DNA of 36,926 bases from a virus. Lineage: Duplodnaviria > Caudoviricetes. The notes under the pieces were generated by a model. It did no database searches, was not told where the DNA came from, and was given only the letters and a program-made list of their open reading frames with translations. Positions 1 to 8,675 of this stretch are shown in pieces; the first letter of the stretch is position 1, and every line of letters starts with the position of its first letter. The stretch lies in IMG/VR virus record IMGVR_UViG_3300039308_000030; one strand, written 5' to 3'. The position numbers were made by a program, and so were the translations under genes.

Positions 1-192
1 TCACCAGTGCCACCCCTTCGAAGCGCTAAGCCAGGCGGCGAGAAGCGCGAGGGCGACGATCACGAACCCGCCGAGGCGGTCCATCAACGACCGGCGCGGG
101 CGGTGCCAGATGGCGTTGTGGCGGCTGTGGCGGCCGTCGCGGCCATCGTGGACCCACTGGTTGCGGCCCTTGAAGGTAACGCGCGCGTTCAT
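1..192 (-). CDS. Small hypothetical membrane protein
   Basis: 63 aa; C-terminal hydrophobic helix; ATGA overlap with the upstream gene. Confidence 0.6.
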   Translation of the reverse strand: MNARVTFKGRNQWVHDGRDGRHSRHNAIWHRPRRSLMDRLGGFVIVALALLAAWLSASKGWHW

Positions 193-659
193 GCCACATT
201 CCTGAGCAGGCCGGTGTCGCGGAGGGTGTCGGCGATGACCTGGCCGGTTGAGCCGCCGCCGCGGCGGAGGCCGCGGGCTTCGGCGGCGTGGAGCTTGCGC
301 AGCTCGGCCTCGAGCAGGACCGAGGCGACCTGCCGGTTCTTGAGCGCCTCGGCGCGGGCCGCCTGTTCCTTCAGCTTGGGCGAGAGGCGAGTGCGGCCGA
401 ACAGGTGCCGCTGAAGATCGGCAAGCTCGCGCTCCTCATCCTTCGTCAGCGGCGTGCCGTCGATCAGCGTCCATTCGTCGACGATCCGGAAGCTGCTGGC
501 GCCGACCCGCAGCGGGAAGGCGATTGCAGCTTCACCCGAGGAAGTATCGCGGCGCTGCACGCGGACCAGCTCGGCACGCTGCTGGCTGACCGGCAGCGCC
601 TCGTCGACGATCAGCGCGTAACTGCCAACCTGCGGGAATGGGGCGGGGACTCTGAGCAT
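189..659 (-). CDS. Hypothetical protein, first gene of leftward early operon
   Basis: ATG at 659 preceded by GGAGG RBS and an operator-flanked TTGACT promoter; 156 aa. Confidence 0.75.
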   Translation of the reverse strand: MLRVPAPFPQVGSYALIVDEALPVSQQRAELVRVQRRDTSSGEAAIAFPLRVGASSFRIVDEWTLIDGTPLTKDEERELADLQRHLFGRTRLSPKLKEQAARAEALKNRQVASVLLEAELRKLHAAEARGLRRGGGSTGQVIADTLRDTGLLRNVA

Positions 660-684
660 GGGACCTCCGTTCGGTTCGGAGGCC

Positions 685-738
685 CTTATCTGTTGAACAA
701 AACAAACAGTCAAGCGGCTGTGTTCGTTTTCTTCAACA
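685..738 (-). promoter_or_regulatory. Leftward promoter (PL-like) with two 18-bp operators
   Basis: TGTT-N10-AACA at 691-708 and 721-738 flanking a minus-strand -35 TTGACT (708-713). Confidence 0.75.
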
Positions 739-792
739 AAGACAGGCGCGGTTCTATGGGGGTAAGGTCCTCGCGCTCGGAGAGGAGGGGCG

Positions 793-1509
793 ATGGGAAC
801 TTATCCGATCGGGATCGTCGGTGAGAGCTTCAACAATGAGGACGGGAGCAGCCGGCAAGCCGAGCTAGCCCGCTGCAAAGACGGGGAGTCCGTCAGGCTG
901 GTCCGGGATCCAGAGAATAGCCACGATGCGAACTGCGTGAAGGTGGTTTCGAAGCGTGGCGTCCAGATCGGCAACATCAGCCGCAGTGATGATTGGATCG
1001 CGTCGCGGATGGATTCCGGCAAGCCGATCACGGCGAAGATACTCAGCGTGGGCACGGGGGAGCGGAACCTGCTCGGCGCCGTGATCGAAGTCAGCACCGA
1101 AGACGGAGACGTTGTGCACGGCGGTCAGAGGCGAACAGGATGCCTCGGGAGCTCGGCGGCAATCTCCGTCATTTTCATCGTCCTCGCTGCTGCGCAGGTG
1201 CACGCGCTGCCGCTGCCGGACAAAGCGCCGCCCTTCGACATGAGCCGAATCGGCGAATTGCGGCGTCAACGATGCGCCGCCGAGTATCCAGACAGCTTCA
1301 CGATGCAGCGGCTGTGTCAGCAGGCGGAGATTGACGGCATGCGAAGGTTCCGGGACGCGAGCCAGCGGGTTGGGCGGCCGTTGAACAAGGCCCTTGAGCG
1401 TTGCGTCGAGGAATACACGACCGCCGGGATCCCGAACTTCACGCTCATTGGACTGTGCGCGCAGTCGGAAGCTGATTCCTACTTGGCCTTCAATCCTGAG
1501 CGCGGCTGA
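793..1509 (+). CDS. HIRAN domain + membrane/signal segment + exported Cys-repeat domain
   Basis: HIRAN motifs IVGESF, LVRDPENSHDANCVKV, QIGNI; hydrophobic AAISVIFIVLAAA; 4-Cys C-terminal domain; GAGGAGG RBS. Confidence 0.8.
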   Translation: MGTYPIGIVGESFNNEDGSSRQAELARCKDGESVRLVRDPENSHDANCVKVVSKRGVQIGNISRSDDWIASRMDSGKPITAKILSVGTGERNLLGAVIEVSTEDGDVVHGGQRRTGCLGSSAAISVIFIVLAAAQVHALPLPDKAPPFDMSRIGELRRQRCAAEYPDSFTMQRLCQQAEIDGMRRFRDASQRVGRPLNKALERCVEEYTTAGIPNFTLIGLCAQSEADSYLAFNPERG

Positions 1510-1515
1510 GTGAGG

Positions 1516-2229
1516 TCAGAGCCGGCCCTTGACCCGGTGAATGCGGCGGACGCGAGCGATCGGCACGCGGAAGGTGCGGTCCGGATTGAACTGCTTCAGT
1601 TCGAGGAATGAGGCGCTCCGCTTCACCAACCGCTTGATCAGCACCATCGTCACGCGCCGTTCGAGATCGCCTTCGGCGTCCGGGTCAGTGAGCTGAACGA
1701 CCACATCGTCACCTGGCCGCACGGCGGCCTTGGGAGAGACGAATGCGTGCTCGCCGGGCTCGAACCGCGGTGCCATGGAGTCGCCGACGATCTCAATCGC
1801 GTAGGCCTCTTCGTCGTTGGCAAGGCTCGGCGGCCGCGCCAGATTGTCGAGCACCTCTGACAGGTTGAGCTCGGTCAGCTCGACGCCTTCCAGCTCTTCC
1901 CAGTCGCCGCCGAATGCGGTTCCGAGAAGTGGCACCGCCTTCGCCTGCGGCATGGACCATGCTGCGCGCGCTTCCTGCGGCGACATGCCGGTTCCGCGGA
2001 CCTCGGTTCGAACCGGCGTGCGTCTTTCCTCGAAAGCGGCGCGACTGACGCCGATCGCGTCGAGCAGGCGGTCAATGGTCCTGTCGGTCGGGTTACCGTG
2101 TGCCCTGATGCCGTTGAAGATCGAGCGATGAATACCGGCGCGGGTCGCCCACTCGTTGTTCGACAGACCTGCCGGCCTCACCGCCATCAACGCAGCGTAC
2201 ACCGGATTGTCAGGTTCTGCCTCTGCCAT
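1516..2229 (-). CDS. cI: CI-like repressor (HTH + S24 autocleaving peptidase)
   Basis: N-terminal HTH; GDSMAP (Ser) and LIKRL (Lys) dyad; divergent from cro; start at ATG 2229 chosen over upstream TTG. Confidence 0.9.
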   Translation of the reverse strand: MAEAEPDNPVYAALMAVRPAGLSNNEWATRAGIHRSIFNGIRAHGNPTDRTIDRLLDAIGVSRAAFEERRTPVRTEVRGTGMSPQEARAAWSMPQAKAVPLLGTAFGGDWEELEGVELTELNLSEVLDNLARPPSLANDEEAYAIEIVGDSMAPRFEPGEHAFVSPKAAVRPGDDVVVQLTDPDAEGDLERRVTMVLIKRLVKRSASFLELKQFNPDRTFRVPIARVRRIHRVKGRL

Positions 2230-2326
2230 GTTGTGAATATCCAACAAACAGGTCGGCGCGTCGATTGTGGATAAGTTCAACAAAGCCGCTTGACCTTGTT
2301 TATTTTATGCAACATCAATCGCGCCC
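2229..2326. promoter_or_regulatory. OR/PR region with three operators
   Basis: TGTTGTGAATATCCAACA 2229-2246, imperfect site 2265-2282, TGTTTATTTTATGCAACA 2297-2314; -35 TTGACC 2290-2295. Confidence 0.8.
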
Positions 2327-2572
2327 ATGGATGTTCCCACCCATGACGAGCTGATCGGCAGGATTGAGCGCTTCTGCGCCAGGCACAACCTTGCGGAGTC
2401 GGCATTCGGTCGTCTGGCGCTTGGCAACAGCGCCTTCGTCAACGGACTGCGCCGGGACCCGCCGGTGTCGCCGACGCTCGACACCCTCAATCGCGTCGCC
2501 GACTTCATGGCCGAGCGAGACGCCGAGGCCGAGCTCGCTTGCCGCGAGGAAGCGGCGCGGAGGGTCGCATGA
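2327..2572 (+). CDS. Cro-like HTH protein
   Basis: 81 aa, divergent from repressor; IERF..RH...SAFGRLALGN..FV..LR pattern of alphaproteobacterial Cro-like proteins. Confidence 0.85.
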   Translation: MDVPTHDELIGRIERFCARHNLAESAFGRLALGNSAFVNGLRRDPPVSPTLDTLNRVADFMAERDAEAELACREEAARRVA

Positions 2573-2883
2573 TCGGGCTGTTCGCGCACGGTGCCATCGC
2601 GCATTCCGGCATCGTGCGTGCAGCGCGCGGAGGTGGAAAGGCTTGCCTGTTGGCCGCCACGTTCCGCGCGCTGCGTCGTTTCGCGGGATCGCGCGCCCAC
2701 GCCAACAAAGGCGAGCTGTCGCCGAAGCTCAGCGGCATCCTCGTTGGCTCGCCCATCCCGACCAACCGGAGCGAGCAGATGGAGATCAAGAAGGTCGTTG
2801 CGTTGCATCGGGGAGCCGTTTCGCACGGCGACCGCTGCGCGTCGCCCGGTATCGGCGGCGGCTTTACCGGAGGCGATCGGTGA
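2569..2883 (+). CDS. Hypothetical protein
   Basis: 4-nt overlaps with both neighbours; no recognisable motif. Confidence 0.4.
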   Translation: MIGLFAHGAIAHSGIVRAARGGGKACLLAATFRALRRFAGSRAHANKGELSPKLSGILVGSPIPTNRSEQMEIKKVVALHRGAVSHGDRCASPGIGGGFTGGDR

Positions 2884-3383
2884 AGCCGCCCCGGGACGCC
2901 ACGCTCGACGAGCCGCGGCTGCGGCTGAAGCTTGCGACGCGCAAGGCGGTGAAGGCGGTGCACGGCACCGCGCTCGCGGCCGAGGTCGCGGGCTGCCGGC
3001 AGCAGCGGATCAGCGATTGCCAGCTGCCCAACACGCCCGACTTCCTGCGGCTCGATGAAGCGCAGGCGATCGAGGAGGCGGGCAGGGGCTCTCCGGACTT
3101 TCCGGCGATCACCCGGGCGATGGCGCGCAACCATGGCTTCGCTTTGCTGCCGCTGCCCGATGCATCGAGCGTCATCGGGACGACCGATTTTCACCGCGCG
3201 CTCGGCGACGTCAGCCGCGAGGCCGGCGAAGTGGTGGCGCGGGTGTGCGCCGCGCTCGCCGACGGCAAGGTCGACGCGCACGAGGTCCGCGACGGCCAGT
3301 TCCGCGACGAGATCGCCCAGGCGATCGCCAGCCTCGCCAAGCTGGATGCGCTGTGCGCGCATGCCGAACGCGGGGAGGGGTGA
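2880..3383 (+). CDS. CII-like phage regulatory protein
   Basis: GTG start after GGAGG; N-terminal HTH; EAGEVV..V..ALADGKVD..E motif; position after cro. Confidence 0.7.
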   Translation: MKPPRDATLDEPRLRLKLATRKAVKAVHGTALAAEVAGCRQQRISDCQLPNTPDFLRLDEAQAIEEAGRGSPDFPAITRAMARNHGFALLPLPDASSVIGTTDFHRALGDVSREAGEVVARVCAALADGKVDAHEVRDGQFRDEIAQAIASLAKLDALCAHAERGEG

Positions 3384-3385
3384 GG

Positions 3386-3730
3386 ATGGCGGCCGACCTT
3401 CTCGCGCTCGCGGAGCGCTGCGAACAGGCGACGGGGCCGGATCGCGATCTCGACGCTGAAATCGCCGAGCGGGCTTATGGATGGAGGCCCGCGCCGTGTC
3501 CCGCCGACGGTAAGGGAGAGAACGCTGGCGAAGTTCTTACCCCCGACGGCCAACCGTTCAAGGTCAACGGCGAGCACTGGCGATACCCGCCACTCGGAAA
3601 GGTGCATCGGGCTTATCACTGCCCCGAGTACACCCGCGATTGCCGTGATCCCGCGTTCCCGCGAGACGCGATCCGCCAGCAGACTGCCGCCGCCTTACGC
3701 GTACGGGCTGCCCAAGCAGGGGAGCGCTGA
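3386..3730 (+). CDS. Phage hypothetical protein
   Basis: GGAGG RBS; LAERCEQATGPDRDLDAEIA N-terminus seen in phage early proteins. Confidence 0.7.
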   Translation: MAADLLALAERCEQATGPDRDLDAEIAERAYGWRPAPCPADGKGENAGEVLTPDGQPFKVNGEHWRYPPLGKVHRAYHCPEYTRDCRDPAFPRDAIRQQTAAALRVRAAQAGER

Positions 3731-3732
3731 CC

Positions 3733-4323
3733 ATGGCCGGGGGGCAGGCTGCACGGCCACACTTCACCGGAATGCAGTCGGTGGCGACGGCTGACGACCT
3801 CGACGCCTGGGTGCGGCGGGCGAACGCGGGCGAGCAGTTCACATATTGCGAGGCGCCAGAGCTGATCCGCGGCGAGACGTCCATGCGGGTCACCGCGCTC
3901 GAGCGCGAAGGGCTGGTGCGCCCGCACCGGGCGCGGCGCGAAGGCGGGGGCTGGACCTTCTTCGTCGTGCGCACGGCGCGCGGCTGCAAGCGCGAGGCGA
4001 GCCCCGCCGACAAGGCGCTGAGCGAAGGCGCGACCGACCTCATCTTCCGGGCGCTGAAGCGCGCCGCCAACATGGGCCAGCCATGCCCGACCGACGCCGA
4101 CCTGGCGCGCGGCGCCGGGCTCGTCCGCCGCCAGGACGCCGCGTGGCGGATCCGCCGCCTGATCGACCTGAAGCTGATCGCGTCGGAAGTCGAATATCGC
4201 GCCGGCGTGCCGTTCCGCGTGGTGACGATCGCGGAAAGCGGGAAGTCGACGCTGCGTCCCAGCGCCACTGCGCTCGGCCGCACACCAACCCTCTCGCGCA
4301 GCGGCGGAAAGGCAGAGAGATGA
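3733..4323 (+). CDS. Winged-helix DNA-binding protein
   Basis: CPTDADLARGAGL...AWRIRRLIDLKLI wHTH pattern; GGAG RBS. Confidence 0.7.
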   Translation: MAGGQAARPHFTGMQSVATADDLDAWVRRANAGEQFTYCEAPELIRGETSMRVTALEREGLVRPHRARREGGGWTFFVVRTARGCKREASPADKALSEGATDLIFRALKRAANMGQPCPTDADLARGAGLVRRQDAAWRIRRLIDLKLIASEVEYRAGVPFRVVTIAESGKSTLRPSATALGRTPTLSRSGGKAER

Positions 4324-4895
4324 CCGCGACGAAGCCGATCAGCGACGGCGACAATTATTCGAACGCCCAGGAGGGACGCACCGGCAACTGGATGCAGATG
4401 TATTCGGGCGGGCAGTTCTGGCCGCTCGATCCCCGCGCCGAGGAAGTGCGGATCGAGGACATCGCCCATGCTTTGTCCAACATCTGCCGGTACGGCGGCC
4501 ATTGCGAGCGCTTCTACAGCGTCGCCGAGCACAGCGTCCTGGTCAGCTACGCCGTGCCGCCTGAGCATGCGCTGATTGCGCTGCTTCACGATGCGACCGA
4601 GGCGTATGTCGGTGATGTGGTCCGCCCGCTGAAGCGATTACTGTCTGGATATGCGGCGATCGAGCGCCGGGTTTGGGAGGCGATCGCTTCCCGGTTCGGC
4701 ATGGCGGTCGAGCTGCCGGACTGCGTCAAAGTCGCGGACAATGCCGTCCTGCTGGCTGAGCAGCAGCAGATCATGAAGCCGGCACCCGCCGACTGGTGCA
4801 TCGAGGGCGAGCCGGCGGACTGTGAGATCGACTGCCTTGCGCCGTCCGATGCCGAGGCCGCTTTCCTCTTTCGTTTCTGGCAGCTCACAAAATGA
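4320..4895 (+). CDS. HD-domain phosphohydrolase (YfdR/5'-deoxynucleotidase-like)
   Basis: DIAHALSNICRYGGH, YSVAEHS, ALLHDATEAYVGD motifs. Confidence 0.9.
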   Translation: MTATKPISDGDNYSNAQEGRTGNWMQMYSGGQFWPLDPRAEEVRIEDIAHALSNICRYGGHCERFYSVAEHSVLVSYAVPPEHALIALLHDATEAYVGDVVRPLKRLLSGYAAIERRVWEAIASRFGMAVELPDCVKVADNAVLLAEQQQIMKPAPADWCIEGEPADCEIDCLAPSDAEAAFLFRFWQLTK

Positions 4896-6067
4896 GTCCC
4901 GACAAGAAGCTTTTGCGCCGCATCGCGGCGATTCCGGCGGGCGAGAAGCTGCCGGTTGGCCGCTTCGCGCGCGAGTTCAATTGCTCGCAGTCGGTGATGG
5001 TCGACATGATCGGCGGCCTCGTCGAGCGCGCGCAGGTCGACGCGATCACGCTGCGGCCGACAGCCGCGTCTGGCCACATCGGAAAGGGGCGCACGGCAAG
5101 CGACGTCGGCTCCGAGCTGCTGGCGGAAATCGAGCAGTTCCTGAAGCGCACCGGCATGGCCGCGAGCACCTTCTCGAAACGCGCGACGGCAAGCTTTTCG
5201 TTTGTGTCGAAGCTACGCCAAGGCCAGGTTGTGCGCGCAAGGACCGCGGTGCGGGTGCGGCGGTACATGAGCGAATATATGGCAGGGCCGACTCCCGGCG
5301 CTGCCGATTGCGAAGGGACGGACCCGCACGCCAAAGCGACCGTCCCTTCGCCTGGCGCAGTCGACGGCCAGAAGCTGTACGACGAGCTGGTCGCCGCCGC
5401 TGCGGCCGCCGGCATGGGCCTCAAGCGTTTCGCGCAGCCGCTGTGGAATCAGGACTCAGGTTGGAAGCTCGAGCAGCTGCGGATCGCAAAAAGGCCGCAG
5501 GCTGCGACGATCGCGCGAGTGCGGGCGCTGATCGCCGGCGATCCGCTGCCGCCACCGCATAACGCGCCTTCTGCCGACCGCGACGATGACGGTTTGCGCA
5601 GGCCGGACAGCCGCAGCAATCTGGAGGCCGTCAACAGGGATCGCGCGAAAGTGGCGCATCTGCGCGACGTCAATGAGACCCGACATGAGGAACATGCCCG
5701 CCGCCTGCGCGAAGTGACCAGGCGGGAAGCGGCCGAGCGTGCGGCGCGGCGCGGCAAGGCGCACCTGCCGAGCCGGGCCATCGACCTGACGGATGCCGTC
5801 GGCGACGCGCTGGTCGACCAGATCGACACGGCGGCCGACCGGCGCGCACGCGAATATGAGGAGATCGCCTCGCCATCGTCGCTGCTGCGCCGGGCGCAGC
5901 GCGACTGGCCCGACCAGTGCGTGAAGGTGAAGACGCTGGCCGAGGAGCTCGGCGTCACGCTCGCCGAAGCCTGGCGCCGCGCCATCGCCGCCGGCGTCGA
6001 CTGTTTGAGCGAGTGCGAGGACGTCGACTTCGGGGAAGTCGGCCAAACGAGCACTGGGGCGGCGTAA
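4892..6067 (+). CDS. Multi-HTH protein containing Cro-like domains
   Basis: 391 aa; internal ELLAEIEQFLKRTGMAASTFSKRA..FVSKLR resembles Cro at 2327. Confidence 0.7.
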   Translation: MSPDKKLLRRIAAIPAGEKLPVGRFAREFNCSQSVMVDMIGGLVERAQVDAITLRPTAASGHIGKGRTASDVGSELLAEIEQFLKRTGMAASTFSKRATASFSFVSKLRQGQVVRARTAVRVRRYMSEYMAGPTPGAADCEGTDPHAKATVPSPGAVDGQKLYDELVAAAAAAGMGLKRFAQPLWNQDSGWKLEQLRIAKRPQAATIARVRALIAGDPLPPPHNAPSADRDDDGLRRPDSRSNLEAVNRDRAKVAHLRDVNETRHEEHARRLREVTRREAAERAARRGKAHLPSRAIDLTDAVGDALVDQIDTAADRRAREYEEIASPSSLLRRAQRDWPDQCVKVKTLAEELGVTLAEAWRRAIAAGVDCLSECEDVDFGEVGQTSTGAA

Positions 6068-6270
6068 TGAACGACAAGCGCTGCTCGGTCGAAATCGCCC
6101 GCGATGCGACCCGCGTCGAGCGGGAGGCGTGCATCGACTTCATCCGCGACAAGATGGCGGAGGTCGACGGGCTGCAGAAGCGCGGGCGGGTGCGTGCGGA
6201 GGAAGCGACGATGCTCAACCGCCGCCTCGACGCGATCGCCGACGGCATCGCCGCGGGGCTGCACAGATGA
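6067..6270 (+). CDS. Hypothetical protein
   Basis: TAATG coupling; 67 aa. Confidence 0.65.
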   Translation: MNDKRCSVEIARDATRVEREACIDFIRDKMAEVDGLQKRGRVRAEEATMLNRRLDAIADGIAAGLHR

Positions 6271-6581
6271 GGGTGTCCGGGGGACAGCCGAAAGCTGTGC
6301 AGCAGGTGAGCGCGGACCGGATCACGGACCGCATGGACGCGGCATTCGAGCGGGCACGCTGGCGCTTCCCGGGTGATCCGCCAAAGGCGATTTACCTGAG
6401 CGGCGCAGAGTGGGCGCAATATGACGACGAGGTTCGCGAGACCTGGCCGTCGGCCGTGCGCTGCTTTGCCTATCGCGACGTGCAGATCCGCAGCGGCAAC
6501 CGCTCGCGCCTGGTCACCAAGACCGGCTGCCTAGTGGCGATTCCGAAGCGGTTGAGCGTGCGCGTGAGGGCCGCAGCGTGA
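6267..6581 (+). CDS. Hypothetical protein
   Basis: ATGA coupling; 104 aa. Confidence 0.65.
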   Translation: MRVSGGQPKAVQQVSADRITDRMDAAFERARWRFPGDPPKAIYLSGAEWAQYDDEVRETWPSAVRCFAYRDVQIRSGNRSRLVTKTGCLVAIPKRLSVRVRAAA

Positions 6582-6583
6582 CC

Positions 6584-7153
6584 TTATTTGCGGAGCAGCC
6601 CTGCAATCGTCGACAGGCTGAGGTCCAGCGTCGTCATGTGGGCGGCGATCTCCATCGTCGCCTGTTCGACCCCGGGGCCGAACGGGTCTTCCTCCATCTT
6701 CTCGATCCTGCCGAGCAGCCATTGCTCCTCAAGGTCGAGACGTTCGATCCACGAAAGCGCGTTGACGGCCGACGCGCTGTCGGGCGTGCACCATTTGCGC
6801 GACTCGCGCAGCCCTTCGAGCTCCATCTTCAGGAAGCCGAGCCTGGTGCGCTTCATCGTCGGCTCGAGGTTGGCGGCCGTGGACCCGTCGCCCTCCTTCA
6901 GAAGCTCGATCGTCCTGCGCATGCGATGGATCTGGTCGAGCAGGAGCCTCTTTCCGCGCCGGGTCGGCGCTGCGATCTGAAGCTCGACAGCGATGAAAGC
7001 GCCCGCGACGGTGACCATTGCGCCGGCCATGGTGCCCGCGAAGGCCATCCAGTCGGACGTTGCGACGCCCGCCGGGCCCGCGCTGATCTTGCCGATGGCG
7101 AGGCCGAGCAGCAGCATGGTGACCATCCCGAACGCTGCCGCGGCGTAACGCAT
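6584..7153 (-). CDS. Antisense accessory membrane protein
   Basis: 189 aa; two N-terminal hydrophobic helices then a helical domain; opposite to operon direction. Confidence 0.7.
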   Translation of the reverse strand: MRYAAAAFGMVTMLLLGLAIGKISAGPAGVATSDWMAFAGTMAGAMVTVAGAFIAVELQIAAPTRRGKRLLLDQIHRMRRTIELLKEGDGSTAANLEPTMKRTRLGFLKMELEGLRESRKWCTPDSASAVNALSWIERLDLEEQWLLGRIEKMEEDPFGPGVEQATMEIAAHMTTLDLSLSTIAGLLRK

Positions 7154-7167
7154 GCTGAGGTGCTGCC

Positions 7168-8373
7168 ATGAGCCGCGAGCAACCGCAACGGCTCGACGAG
7201 GCGACGATCGAGCGGGCGCGGTCGGCGGTGCCGCTGGCGTCGCTGGTCGCCAAGCGCGTCAAGCTCAGCCGCATGGGGCGCGAGTGGAAGGGGTTGTGCC
7301 CGTTCCACACCGAGAAAACGCCCAGCTTCAACGTCGTCGAGAGCAAGGGGTTCTACCACTGCTTCGGCTGCGGCGCGCACGGCAGCGCGATCGACTGGCT
7401 GATGGAGGTTGAAGGCCTGGGCTTCCGCGAGGCCGTGACTTCGCTGCTGGGCGGCGTGCTGCCCGACGGCCGCAAGGCGTTCCATCCGCCCGAGCGCACT
7501 CCAACAGCCAACCTCGCACGCTCGGGCGGGAGGTTCGACTTCGTCAGCTCGGCGACCGCGGGGCGGTGGATCTTCCGCACCAGCGGACCGGCTCGAGGCG
7601 AGATCGTCGAGCGCTGGCTCGAGGCGCGGGGGCTCGACCCGGCGTTCGAACCGCTGCCCGGTTTCCCCGCGATCGACCAACTGCGCTTTCATCCGCGCTG
7701 CCCGGCGTCGGTCTGGCGGGTCGACGAGGATCCGCATGCAAGCCGGCTGACGGCCCCGGCGATGGTCGCGCCGATCGGCGATGCCGAGGGCGCGGTGTGG
7801 GGCGTGCATGTGACCTATCTGTCGGCCGACGGGCGGTCGAAGGCGCGCTTTCCGCTGGTGCAGGGGCGCGAGCGGCCGACGCGCAAGATGTTCGGGAAGG
7901 TCGGCGGCAATGGGGTGTTCCTGACGCCGCCTGACGCGATGTGCAGCGAGTCACCGCTGGTCGTTGGCGAGGGGATCGAAACGACATGGGCCTTTGCTCA
8001 GTCGCGGGCGCCGTGCCGGATGGTCGCGACGCTGAGCCTCGAGAATCTGCAGGGCCATGCGGTGAAGCTGCGCGACGGCGCGCTGCCGCTGTGGAAGGTG
8101 GAGGCGGACCCCGATCGGGCGCCGTTCACGCTGCCCGACGCAGGCGAGGTGGTCGTCGCGGTCGATGCCGACATGAAGCCGCTTCGCGACCAGAAGGTGC
8201 AGGTGTCACGCGGGGGCAAGCCAGTCCGGCGCGACCTTTCCGGCCTCGATCGCGCGGAGATCTGCGCGACCCTCGCCGCGCAAGCCTGGCGCCGCGCCGG
8301 CGCGAGCTCGGTCAAGTGCGTCCGCCCGCGCATGGGCATGGATTTCAACGATCAGATCAGGAGCGCGGCATGA
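7168..8373 (+). CDS. DNA primase (CHC2 Zn finger + Toprim)
   Basis: CPFHTEKTPSF...YHCFGCG; VGEGIET; VDAD; DFND motifs. Confidence 0.9.
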   Translation: MSREQPQRLDEATIERARSAVPLASLVAKRVKLSRMGREWKGLCPFHTEKTPSFNVVESKGFYHCFGCGAHGSAIDWLMEVEGLGFREAVTSLLGGVLPDGRKAFHPPERTPTANLARSGGRFDFVSSATAGRWIFRTSGPARGEIVERWLEARGLDPAFEPLPGFPAIDQLRFHPRCPASVWRVDEDPHASRLTAPAMVAPIGDAEGAVWGVHVTYLSADGRSKARFPLVQGRERPTRKMFGKVGGNGVFLTPPDAMCSESPLVVGEGIETTWAFAQSRAPCRMVATLSLENLQGHAVKLRDGALPLWKVEADPDRAPFTLPDAGEVVVAVDADMKPLRDQKVQVSRGGKPVRRDLSGLDRAEICATLAAQAWRRAGASSVKCVRPRMGMDFNDQIRSAA

Positions 8374-8675
8374 CATTTATGCGAGACCAGAGGGTCGCGT
8401 GCACCCGCAAGGAACACCGCTGCGATACCTGTGAGCAGGTCATCCCGATTGGCAGTCCGGCGGTCCATTGGGTCGGCGTCCAGGAAGGGCACCTGCAACG
8501 GGCATCACACCATGAGGACTGTCGAGAGGCTGAGGTCGCCTTCAATCGCGAGTACGGCCTCTCCGGCGACGACTGGGCGTCCATCGCCTTCGACCGGGAA
8601 CCGGAAGACGACGCTTGGCTTCTGAAGAGCTTTCCTGCGGTCGCTGAGCGTCTCGGAATTGTGGCGATCCCGTGA
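8370..8675 (+). CDS. Small Zn-binding phage protein
   Basis: RKEHRCDTC...HEDC; ATGA coupling. Confidence 0.7.
   Translation: MTFMRDQRVACTRKEHRCDTCEQVIPIGSPAVHWVGVQEGHLQRASHHEDCREAEVAFNREYGLSGDDWASIAFDREPEDDAWLLKSFPAVAERLGIVAIP

Noticed and set aside
4320-4895. HD hydrolase as DatZ of a 2-aminoadenine (Z-genome) pathway
   Set aside because: No PurZ, MazZ or DNA polymerase in the window; motifs fit the common YfdR-like prophage family
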